This document shows, one piece after another, positions 10,125 through 21,918 of a stretch of DNA of 64,000 nucleotides. A program made the position numbers and the translations under genes. The DNA lies in assembly GCA_015680685.1 (NCBI GenBank), contig MNCI01002555.1:504356-568355 (forward strand), read 5' to 3'. Every line of letters starts with the position of its first letter. The first letter of the stretch is position 1. The notes below the pieces were generated by a model. That model saw nothing but the letters and a program-made list of their open reading frames with translations. It did no database searches and was not told the origin of the DNA. Source of the DNA: Gnetum montanum (taxonomy: Eukaryota > Plantae > Gnetophyta).

Positions 10125-13100
10125 TTAGTTATAAAATATTTCAATAATAATGAAGCTCTATTTAGGTGATAAGGATCCTGCTAGTTTTGGAACAATGAGA
10201 TATATCATACAAATTAGAGTATGATCTAGTCATAAGCTTCGATGATTATGTTGAGTGGATTACTAAGATCCCTTGTGTATATCATTACATTCAATAAATA
10301 TAAAAGATATTATAATACATATGATACAAATGGAAATCCATGTTACCATGATGTTAGGTTGAGAAAATATTTATAATTTTATGTTTTATAATTTTTATGG
10401 ATTTTGATCTTTATGAAAAACAAACAAATACAAATAAAATGACTCTTATTCACAACCTTGATGGCCCAACACCATGCCATACAATTGGGTTGGATAAGTT
10501 TGAATCATTGCAGCTTATGAAAACTAGAAATGCATAAATATTTTTATGGTTTTAAGGTTTTTAGATGTTTTTTATATTTTAATATTTAAGGCATCAATGG
10601 TTCCAAAATAAGGGAGATCATAAACTGTATTCACCATACAAACATTACACTCTACATTGACCAAATAGTTCCAGGCTACATAAATATGGTAGCACTCTGA
10701 TAGAGTCTAATTGTACTTGTGGAAGTGATGACTCAAAACACATATAAAATAAGGAAGGAGTTACTTATCCAAGAAAAGGCTCTTCACATGAAACCAAATG
10801 TCAAAATACAAAGGAAAATGCTTGGAATCAAGTTCATTTCATATGGAGCTTATCCTGGGTATTTATAGTTTTGGTAGCATAATGGCAGGGGCTTACTAGT
10901 GCCTAGGTGTCAACAAAGATCTATTGATGTAGCCTAGACTAGCTAGAACACACCCAAGATGGTAGAGGAAGTAATGTACCCAAACTGGGAGACCAAGAGG
11001 GATGCATCAGTGCTCCTAGTTGATGTAATGTGTATGCTAGCACACCAATGCATCCTTGCCATTACACTTCATCCTCTTTCTCTCGGATGAAAGCTAGAAG
11101 GCCTAGGAATCTGTCAAATCCTTTCAAGGATCTTTGAATGAAGTTGGAAACTTTCCAAAAAGTTTGAAACATGCTCTAAACCTACAAGTGTGAATTGGAA
11201 GGCAAGGATGCATGCATGGGAGATAGAAATCTCAACCATGGGTGTGAAAACCATAAACATTGGATGCATGAGACACATCCCAAATACAACGCTTATAATT
11301 AACTTACAAAATGCCACTAGATAACCCACATTAGGTTATGTATAAAATTGATCCATAAAACATAGAAAACATTTCCTTAAAAATACTAAGAAAATTAAGT
11401 TCAAATACTAATGTAAGATTTAAAAATTTCTAGAATTTTTTAAAAAGTATAGTCTTTTTACATAATGATATTCCATTCCAATTGTTAAGATATTCTACAA
11501 GAATTTAATACAACATAAGATAAAATAAAATAATTAGTTACATTTACTTAAATATTTTATAGCTTGTACAAAATTCTATCCTATTGGTGAAACCTATTCT
11601 TTTTTTAAAGTTAGTCTTCATATCATCATCATCATAATTGTAACATTCTATTCCCAAATATCATGGCAAACATCAAATATACATTACATTTAATATTATA
11701 TGTATTGAACATGATAAGGAAAATACTAAAGAAAATGAAAAATAATTGTATTTATAATGAAATTAAGAATGAATAAGTGTATTTGGATCATTCATTGAGG
11801 GTTCCTAGGATTGTCTTTCTTTGACATCTATCCCTTAGAGGTAATCCAATCTTGGCATCATCATTAGGCCTAGACATAACCAAAAGGGGTGATCAAGACT
11901 CTTCTTGTCCTATTTCACTTGTCCATTACTTGCCTTTATTGGATTTGCAACTCCATATTAGAATGACCTTTAAGTTACCAGTAAAAATACCTTAAGTCAA
12001 ACCTATAAAGATCACCTTAAAAGATATGTTCATAATTATAACAATCTCTTTAATTAAGGATATTTTAATAATAATTAAACCTCCTTATTATAGAACAACA
12101 TCATTAGAAAATGAGGACATGATAAACTACCCTTTTAGCTTTTGTTCATCCTTGAATGAGTTTACACAAGGATCATTCTTCATACTTTAATGCTTTGATT
12201 TGTTCTTTTAAATAGGAATTTAATATTTTTTTGCTTAATTTGTAATGAAGATATAAGTGAGAAGAAAATATAAAAAAAATTAAATACACCATATTAATAA
12301 CTAACATCATTTCTTTTAGCAATAATAAGAGTTGAATGAAAGATCTACCAACTATCAATCATAAGTACTAACTAGAGTTACACTATGTATATCTCATGTT
12401 CTATAGTTACCCAAGTGAAGGTAGGGAAAATACCTATTTCCAACTTCTAGTACCCAAAAATATTTTACGTATCTAATTTTTAGAATATAAAATACATATA
12501 GAAATAAAAATAATAAATAAAATAAAGATTATGAAACTCCATGTTCTTTCTAGAAGATCGCATAACATTCCATGCTATGTTTCTACAATAGGCTAGTCCA
12601 TAACAGTATTCATGTTAGTTCAAGAAGGTGGATATGTAGGATGTTGTCTTTTGTTGCATAGAGTCATCTCAAGCACGTTGTATGTTGTGATTTTCAAATA
12701 AAATTTTCTAAGGAAAATAGTCAGGTTGTTTATATTAGTTCTTGTGAAAGAAACTAGACATCAAAAAGTACAATAAGAGAATTATGGGGATAAGAACCCT
12801 TGTTGAAAAAGAAAAAAGGATTATAAATCTTGTTCTAGTGAAAGGGTGATCCAATCATGATCATCCAATCTCTAAAAAATATTTGTAGCCAAAAGAAAAC
12901 CATCCATGATCTTACAATAGCATAGACCCCAAAAATGCTTAAGGTATACATAAGATGCTCAAGAAAAAAAATCCATATAAAAGCAAAAATATTAGTTTTA
13001 ATCAAGAAATATTAATTTTAATCAACAAAATTAGGGGCTTGATCTTACAAATTAGTGGCAAGAGCCTTAGGCCCTCCTAGAAGATGCTACATATGTAAAC

Positions 13101-14449
13101 CTTACATAGAGTTGCTAGCATCCTATCACTCATCATTTTGTAAGGTCACATCAATCCCAAGTAAGTTAGGAATGATTGATGGATCCATTGGGTATTCAAT
13201 AGAAGGAAAAACAATACTTAGTGAGTATAGTGGCTATGTAGACAATGGTGATGGACCATAAGACAATCATTTGGCTTGATAAACTAAGGTATTATTGGCA
13301 TGATTTGTTCCAGCAATTCAAAGAAACTAGCATCAACATCCATCACATAATCAAGGGGTGCATACAAGGTTTAAAAGTCTATTGGTATCCATCATGTGGG
13401 ACCATAAGAGGAGTATTTTGTAAGGTAGTTAGTGATAAATTCATTCCTTCAAGAGTAGAGTCTACAAGGTTCAAGAAAGAATGTCAATTATCCAAGCTAC
13501 TTATTAACAACCAAGAGGAATCTATGTCAGGGATGCTACTAAGGTGCTTCAAGTATAGCGATGGATGGAATGAGGGGAATAAAAGATGTTTGTATGTCCT
13601 AGTAGTGGTGATAACCTCCACATCAAAATAAAACTCTAAAGCTCAAAAGATCAAATGGTGTATAAAGAAGATATTAGGAGTAGGAGAATGAGCTCTTAAG
13701 GATGGTGGGGAAGATGACAATAAGTGGGGGATAGGGTTATGGTTGGGAAAGAAGAGTAGGATAGGAACCTCACTCACTTACATCAGCAATGACATGAAAG
13801 CCAACAAATCCATAAAATACCACATTAGAAATAATGACAATTCTCACATATGCTTGCTGTGCTATGCAAGCAACCTTGAATGTAGAATTTGAGGAATCTA
13901 TGACCCCACCATCATTCAAAGCTTTGAGATAATGACTGATGAAATCCAAATAGGAATATTGATTGTGTTTGAAGCATTTTATGGATTGAAAATACAAAGA
14001 AATCTAAAGTGAAACCTTGTTATTACAGAGACCTTGGCATCATGCTTGAGGTATTAGATGACTTGGTGGATGACTTGGCATTGCTAGATCCTCTTATTAA
14101 TGTGTACCATTGCACCTCATTGGAACGAGGGATATTCTAAAAAATCATTACATCAATAAAAAAATTTTCCAACCTATCTACATAATAGGAAGTCTTTCAT
14201 TAATGATGCTTATGTTAGTGTCCATAAAGTTCAGTGAGACAAGAACTTGGATGCCATAAACAATGACTCTATCATTCTACCATGAGGTTGTAGCTTTCAA
14301 GATCCATCACATGGGGAATGACATAAGTCCAAATAAGTAGCATGCCCAAGCCACATGGCCTAGAAGATGAAGGGAAACATAGGCATGACTCTACAAATAT
14401 CTCACATTAAACATAGCCATGATGTAATAATGCATGTCCTCCCAATACC

Positions 14450-14935
14450 AAAAGTTGGCTAGAACCTTACTAATGATTTTATAGGGGGAGTTTAAGGTAT
14501 CTTTTTTTTAATATTCTCGTGTTACATTTAAGTCATGTATATCATAAAACTTTGGTCCATAATAAAATGTCATGCAGGTGAATTTTCATGATATGAATAG
14601 TAAAGAACAACTTCCAAAATGATGTTATTCAAATCCAATCCACATGTGGAGGATGTGATAGGAAACTCTCACATAATTACACATGACCAAAAAGATGTGC
14701 AGTACACTTTGTATTTTGAAAGAATAAAATAGACTATGAGGCCAATGAAAATTGTCATCTCTAAAGCTTGTCATGCATTAAAACAACCTTGTGTGCTATA
14801 ATCCAAATAAAGAAGTGGAATTTTGAAGGGTAGTGTAGTTTCCATATGTGCTTCTACCCTTCAACTACTACACAAGATCATTTATAAAGGATCAAAATTT
14901 GAAGGATTCAGCTTATTGGAATTTTGATTATAAAG
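14450..14935 (-). pseudogene. Decayed LINE ORF2 C-terminal (zf-RVT-like) fragment
   Basis: Across frameshifts: WK..LPFKI..FIWIIAHK, VLHxFWSC-like and LKCNTRI motifs. Confidence 0.45.
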
Positions 14936-14939
14936 AATC

Positions 14940-15533
14940 TCTAGCCTCTGATAGCTGTGTGCAGTCCTCCTAGCCAAAGTTAATACCCACAAGGGTCTTG
15001 ACTTTGTCTAGGGTGATTCATGTGGGTGGCTCCATTAAAAATGTGGTAGAGGAAACTTCCCTTGAAGGCACAATAATTTGCCTCTTTGGATACCTACTCA
15101 CCACTACATGATGAGTGAATAACTCATAAGCTTGTGTCCTACCAATTGCCTCAAAGAGCATATCATAGTAGTAGCATTTGATGGACTCCTCCTTGTACCA
15201 TTTAAGGTACATGTCTCTCTTGTCCTTGTAGTGGTGCTTGTGGTTCTTCTCTTTCTACCCCCACTGATACACCTTTATGCTATAATCTTTCCAATTTTTA
15301 TTTTTTTGGGCAAGAAATTCCATCTACAACATTTGCTTGATGATCTCTCTGGTGGCCTCGTTCTTACCTTGCATTGTTAACTAGTAACTAGCATAGTTAA
15401 TCTCAACTTTTTGCCAGGTACTGTCCCCTCATGCATGAGCCATAAGGAAGTCATAATGGAATTGCAAGTCCCCCAACTTAGCATCTTGTCTTGCTATCCT
15501 ATCCTAGAGCTTGTGTACCCACTTCCATAGGTA
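14940..15533 (-). pseudogene. Element B antisense gene, distal part of the coiled-coil exon
   Basis: Translates as GDSTWQKVEINY...KVYQWG*KEKNHKHHYK, matching element A GDRSWRTSEVTY...KVRKWGQDEKNHKHYYK. Confidence 0.8.
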
Positions 15534-15538
15534 CTTGT

Positions 15539-16702
15539 TGAAACATCACAAAATTTCGAGCTTGGTACTTCTCTAGCAAGAGGCAGGTCCCTGGGACCCA
15601 CGGACAACCACAGCTACATTTGGTGTCACACAATGCAACTTTGGGGATCAAAATGTTTAATTTTCACTAAGTATGCAGTACCGGCGTATCCGCCCGACGT
15701 CTACACCCAACATCCATAGCGTAGACATCCAACTTACACACCCAATGTACATGTACGCTTGGTAGGTACGGCAAATGTTTACGCCCGGCATGGAATCTCC
15801 AAAGACAGAATGAAAACAGCACCAAAGAGCAAGGATTGAAGTAAGTTGGCAACCATCAGCGTATACACCCGGTGTATACGCCCAACCATCAGCGTATACG
15901 CCCAGCCATTGTCGGCATATACGCTGGTGTATATGCCTAGCGTCCATAGCATCTATGCCCAGCACATCCAGCGTATACGCCCAGCGTGTACGCCCAGAGT
16001 CTACGCCCACCTGATATAACGTATACGCTCAGCAGATGTAATATGTTGAACACTTGTAAATTTTACACCCTTTTTTCACCCAGTAAACGTCCACGTGTCG
16101 CCCAACTCGAGTCTAGCGTAACAACTGGTATAAAAACCCCACTTTTCTACTTGTACAGGGGTTGGTTGGCAAAAATCCTAGAGCATACCAGAGAACATTT
16201 ACGCTGCGCACCAAAGCTAAAAACTCTTTTACGCTGGACAGTCCTGTACGCTGGGCACACAGTCTCTACACTCCGCCTACAGTGCGAACCAGCCGAGTCA
16301 TCCCTGCATCCACCGGGGCTTTTCATCCGCCTTGTGTTCCATCACAACTGCATTAGACCGGTGCACTGTACTTTCATTCTGTAATATCATTGTTTACAGT
16401 TTACGCTAATTTCTTACATGTGTTCTGTTTATGCTCATTTACATTTACGTCCTATTCGCATCTGTTACGCTATTTATGGTCTCGTTTACGCCTGTTATGC
16501 CGTTTACGCATAACCCAACGTATAGCACTTCGGCATACGTTTGGGGAAATCCTTGTCTGATCTATGTGTGGAACACCCAAGGTACTCTACCTTCGTGCAT
16601 TCCAGCTCGCCCTCAGGCGAAGGTATGGTCTTCTATGCATGTCCGGTGATCCCACGGTCTCTGTTTTCTTCCAGTCGAAGACCGATGATTTCGGACAGTA
16701 TA
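15539..16702 (+). repeat. Element A 5' LTR (TG...TA, from CA)
   Basis: Direct repeat of 31947-33130; TATAAAA at 16129-16135; CCACGTGTC G-box-like site at ~16091. Confidence 0.95.
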
Positions 16703-16707
16703 GAAAT

Positions 16708-16724
16708 TGGCACTAGAAGGAGGG
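16708..16724 (+). promoter_or_regulatory. Primer binding site, tRNA-Asn(GUU)
   Basis: TGGCACTAGAAGGAGGG, near-complement of the plant tRNA-Asn 3' end CCCUCCUUCUAGCGCCA (recalled from memory). Confidence 0.8.
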
Positions 16725-17193
16725 CCTTCTAAAAACCTTACTCGCAAACTTCCCAGCTTTTACGTTGTTGAGTGTATATGTTGCCAACCACACGCCGCTT
16801 CCTGCTAAAACCCTCCCAACTTCTACGCAGCTTAGTCTGAAAACTCAGCCTACAAACTGTCCAGTGTCTACGCTGTTCAGTGTTTACACTGTCCCTGTTA
16901 AATCTTAACCAGAAAACCATACACTGCATTCTCTACGTTGTGTCTTGTTTTACGCTGCGCCTCGTTTTACGCTGTACTTTGTTTTACGTTGTGCTCTGTT
17001 TTATGCTCTATCATGTTTTACGCTGCAGCCCGAAGCTGTATACGTTGCACTCCTTATGCTGTATACGCTATCTACGCTGACGTTATACACTGAACATTGA
17101 AGCGTATACGCTGCACTTTGCCACTCAGTTTACGCTGTACTAAGTACACTAATTTCGCTCCTCTACCCCGTGTCATACTCTCAATAGGTCATC

Positions 17194-20100
17194 ATGAACC
17201 CCGTAAACACCACCACTGCAACTGCTCAAGTAACTGACGTAGTGGGCATCATGGCTGTCCAACAGCCTATCGCGTAACACCCGGGAGTACAACCCACAGC
17301 GGGGCCTCACCGGTTCGCCTCTAACATTATAACCTAGGATCAGTATAATTTCATATGTATTAAGATACAAGTTGGCCTGGCTGTAGACCGAGCCGAAATG
17401 GAGGTAAAGAGGCAGTTCGAACTCTTTTACAGGGGGGACGCAAGTTCATCCCTTTCCCGTATGACGTAATCCCTGTTCCGGAGCAGTATTCGGAGCTCAT
17501 CACACGGCTCCTCCTGCAAAGGAGCCACTCATTGGATCAGGCTGTGCTAGAGCCCCAACAAGAGGAAGAGGACGAATTCGCTGCTCAATCTGAATAAGAG
17601 GATTCTTACCACACTCTGAGCCCACAAGCACACACTAACCCCATTTTTCATCCTGATACAGGGGAAATCATGCCCCTCCAGCATCTCAGGTTCACCCGGG
17701 CCTAAGCACCACCGCCAGAAACATCAGCACTAGTGCATATTCGTCCCCCGAGCGACCCCCAACCTAACACCTTCCCTCTCGCAATCATACTCGCTGTAGC
17801 TGCAGGCTCGTCCTCACAAGCACCGCTCCCTCACGACAACATGGGAGTGACATTCCCACCTCGAGTGATAGGGATGCCACACATGATACCAGCCTCCACA
17901 TCCGCCCACTACATCCCTCACATCCAAACGCACGCAGCCCCCTCGACCTCCGTAACCCAACAAGGGGTCCCTACACATAACGCGGCTGGGCAATGGCCAG
18001 CGATGGGTGTGCCGTCACACCAACCCTCTCACCACAATGTGCCATCTCACACATTTCTACATGTTAACATTCCCCAAATACGACCACAATTGCAACAACA
18101 ACAACCCCCCGTATATAATGTATCATCCTTAGTGCCACATGCTGTTCACCTTCCACAAACACAACCGCCGACCGTGCAGCTTTCGACCTTTCAACCCACC
18201 ATCCAACAGTCTAACTTATACAATATACCACAACCACAAGTTGCCTTGTCACCGAGCGCTCAAGACTGGGCAGATGCCAAGAAAATGATGCAAGAATTAA
18301 CTAACGAGGTAAAACGCCTCAAAACGGCTGCCGATGGGGAGTTGAAGGTAGTGGACTTCTACCAAGATGACCCCATCAGCTCTTCTGTCCCACCCTTAAC
18401 CTTGCCCAAAGGCATCTCCTTACCAACACTAACCAAATACAACGGGGAGACAGACCCCAACGCACACTTAATAACATTTAGGTTAGAATGCACGCTACTC
18501 CAGGCATGGCCCCATGCCATTCTTCGAGTGTTCCCCATGTCCCTCGCGGGGAGAGCACTTGATTGGTATCGGGCTCTGCCAAGGAATTCCATCTTCTTCT
18601 TGGAAGACTTATTACACCAGTTTGTGACTAGGTTCAAGTACAACTTGAAACCCGAGGCCACACTGGACAACCTCATACAAGTCAAGCAAGCACTGCTCGA
18701 ACCTGTACAGAAATTTATTCAGAGGTGGAGCGCTGCTCTCAACGAGTTGCACGAGCCGATCTCCCAGACATACTTGCTCACAATTCTAAAGGGAGCTGTT
18801 AATGATTTCTTTAAATCTAAGTTGTACTATGTTAACGTGCATAATCTTAATTAGGCTTTTGTACAAATCAAAAATATAGAAGAGGCGGCTCAAAACAACC
18901 ATGACCCTGCATACTTAGCCTTCAAAAATCAACACACTAAAAAAGATAAAGAGAAGGCTAAGACAACCATAGCAGCAATAGTAGGCGTGCAACAAGCAAA
19001 CATGACATACCAAAATAAACCGCCCATAGCCCCTACTAACTACAATAAACCAATTCCCACAACCGCGCCGGAATCATCATCATCGCAAAACCCAACAACG
19101 AACCGTACGTGAAACTTCGAGAGGAAAGAACCCTCTTAATATAAGCCTTTGCCAATGAAGCCCTCCCAGCTCTTTGATCAACTCTTGAAGGCTGGGTTGA
19201 TGAAACATAAATAGTTATCCCTCGTGGCCATCCAGAGACATGACCAGTTCTATCAACTCGTTTAGAACCCAAGCTTAGCAACGTCCGATGAGCCTCTCGT
19301 ACCCAAAGGCTTCAGAATGGATCGCTTTTGCGACTACCATCAACGAAACGGGCATGGTACGGATTACTATTTTACCTTGAAGCAGGATATTCAGCGGATG
19401 ATCGATGAAGGCCAAATCACTTTTGATGAGGCCAACCCGGTCCAACCATAGAATCAAGCTATGGGGGTGTACAAAGACCCCCTGAACACCAAAGAGGCAC
19501 CGTATGTCATCAATACAATCTACCTTGATGATGATTCCGATACACCCAACATTAACACTGTCTATCCCCAATATAAACAGGAAACACCTAATAGGTCATT
19601 CGTAGTTCAGATTCCTCCCGCTGTGTCCATGCCCACGCCTCAACCACCACGTGCCCCCCAGTAGCCATACGTTGTCCGAGTACCCTCAGCTGTACCCACA
19701 CCTAACACCATGATACACGACAAATCATACGTGGTGCGTGTCCCTCCCGTCATTCCCTCAAATGCATCAACCCCTTCTACTCAGCCTGCCCCTTTCATAG
19801 TCCGAGTACCACCAGCAGTTGCAATGGTGGAGGTCCAACCTTCGCCGAAACCAACCCCATATGTCGTTAGGATACCCGAAAATCCTAATGATTACCAAGC
19901 CTCCACTTCACAAACGCAAGGCAAACCCAGCCCCTACGTTATTAGGGTACCTGGCCAGCCTTCCACTCAACAACATCCGACTGTCCAACCACAACCTTGC
20001 CTGCCTCCATACGTGGTAAGAATCCCAAGGCAGCTCGAAGCTCCAATACCAGTCCCACCTCCATGCCACACACGTGAATGCCTAGAAGATAGCCTTACAC

Positions 20101-21368
20101 GTGAACGTGTGGAGAAGGAACGCCAACGACTAGCCATGGGGCCACCTAAGCCCACTCCGCTTAATGCCATACCCATGACGCCACCTAACAACCAGCCAAA
20201 CGTAGGCAACGAGGGTGAACCATCAAAAAAACATGAACCATCTAAAACAACAGCATCGAGCAAATGTGACAAATCACCGAAACATGAAATAAAACTATTG
20301 GGCCCAATGGACCCAGTCACCGCTGACGCAAATACCCCCAACAGTAGAGACTTGGCAACAGCTCTGACACAAGTCACCCAAGCATTGAAGCAAACGAACA
20401 CTTTGCTGAGCTTGTATGACTTGGTGCTAACATCCCAAACACATCAAGAAGCTCTAGTACGCATGTTAACGTCGATCCCGGTAAGCGAGGACTTGCCCCC
20501 GAACCAACCCGCCATTCATGCGATAATGTACTCGTCTCACGGGACCACTCCTAAACCCTTGAGCTTCCATGATGACAACATTAAGGTGGACAAGAAAATA
20601 GGGGAAATAACAACAGCCCCCATGTTCATAACAATACGCATAAACCAGTTCAAGATACACAGGGTCCATGTAGACGATGGAGCTGCCACAAACGTAGTAT
20701 CGTACCCCATCATTGAACAACTAGGGCTTATTGAATTAATCAAACCAACCGCAACCACATGTTTAAAATCATTCAGTGGGTCACACATAATGGTTAAAGG
20801 CACAGTGACCTTAGACTTCATAGCAGGGGATCAATTTCCCATGTCCGTCGATTTCCTGGTGGTCGACGAAATGCCAGGATTCAACTTAATATTAGGGAGA
20901 CCCTGGTTGGCCCAACTAAAAGCGGTCTCCTCCCCTATACACCAAGAGATCCACCTGCCTTATGAAGGCGGTGAAATCATCATACACAGGGAGGCTACTA
21001 CGCCTATCATTTCCTCACACGTAGACATGGACCAAGGCTCGAAGGTCGAGCTTGAAGAGCCTAAATGAAATGATAAAAATGCGCAACAACTGGTAAACAA
21101 TGAGCCATTAAACATGGAACAAGACCCACCTAAAACAGAAATGCCTGCGTCTGACATTGTACATACAACTTCTCAAGTGGAAACTCACGCAGAAATCATG
21201 CCAACTATCAAAACATTTGAAAACACTAACACGGAAGCCATTCCGTCAGACGTCCCTTGGGCTGAATTACCATTCAATGTGATCAGCGAAGGGGACGCTG
21301 AATACAGAATCATACCCGTTAACACATCACCTAACATTAAAAGGAAGAAAATTAAAAAAGTATTATAA
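17194..21368 (+). pseudogene. Element A gag-protease
   Basis: KYNGETDPNAHL, FPMSLAGRALDWY, Tat-type CDYHQRNGHGTDY knuckle, protease VHVDDGAATNV and LILGRPWL; several stops and frameshifts. Confidence 0.9.
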
Positions 21369-21389
21369 TAATATCAACACGCCTAGTCC

Positions 21390-21650
21390 GAAATGACATT
21401 AAACTATAACATGTCCGAAACGACGTTAAACTACAACTTGTCCGAAATGACACTAAACTACGATAAATTGAAAAACAAAAAAAAAATTATTATTAAACTA
21501 CACTCCCTGTCCGAGATGACACTAAACTATCATGTCTGCAAAGACGTAAAACTAGCCACAATCAGCAATGATCGGCCAACAGAAAAATCCGCCTGTGTCA
21601 TTCGAAATATCCCTCGTTTACGACTGGGGCCCAAAATGGCCTTAAACTAG
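21390..21650 (+). repeat. Degenerate tandem array with (A)TGACnnTAAACT core after the protease
   Basis: gtccgaaatgacattaaactata / gtccgaaacgacgttaaactaca / gtccgaaatgacactaaactacg. Confidence 0.85.
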
Positions 21651-21918
21651 TTCATGCACGTATACTTCGTTTTCCTTTTTGTTCAGCATTTATGATTACA
21701 TCTCTGCATTACATTTAAAACAAAGAGAAAACAAGCCAAAACATTTTACATTGCCGTGTCATGTTTACAATTAGATTCAAAATCAACAAAAAAATTTTCT
21801 TACATGCAATGTTGTACAATTACAAGTGTCAACTATTTTTATCCATCTCAAAATTTTCAAGTTACAACTCCCGTATAAGTTTGAGTCAAAAAACAACAAA
21901 AACCTAGAAATTAAAACG

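Noticed and set aside
10560-11340. GC-richer block with a minus-strand TATA, possibly a solo LTR or exons
   Set aside because: No termini, TSD or coherent reading frame could be established.
12550-14400. Possible decayed LINE or other coding remnant (ORFs 13055-13631)
   Set aside because: No convincing protein motif on either strand; left unannotated.
15657-16732. Several 60-170 aa ORFs in the LTRs (also 31885-33077)
   Set aside because: By-products of TACGC-rich repeats; no domain motifs.
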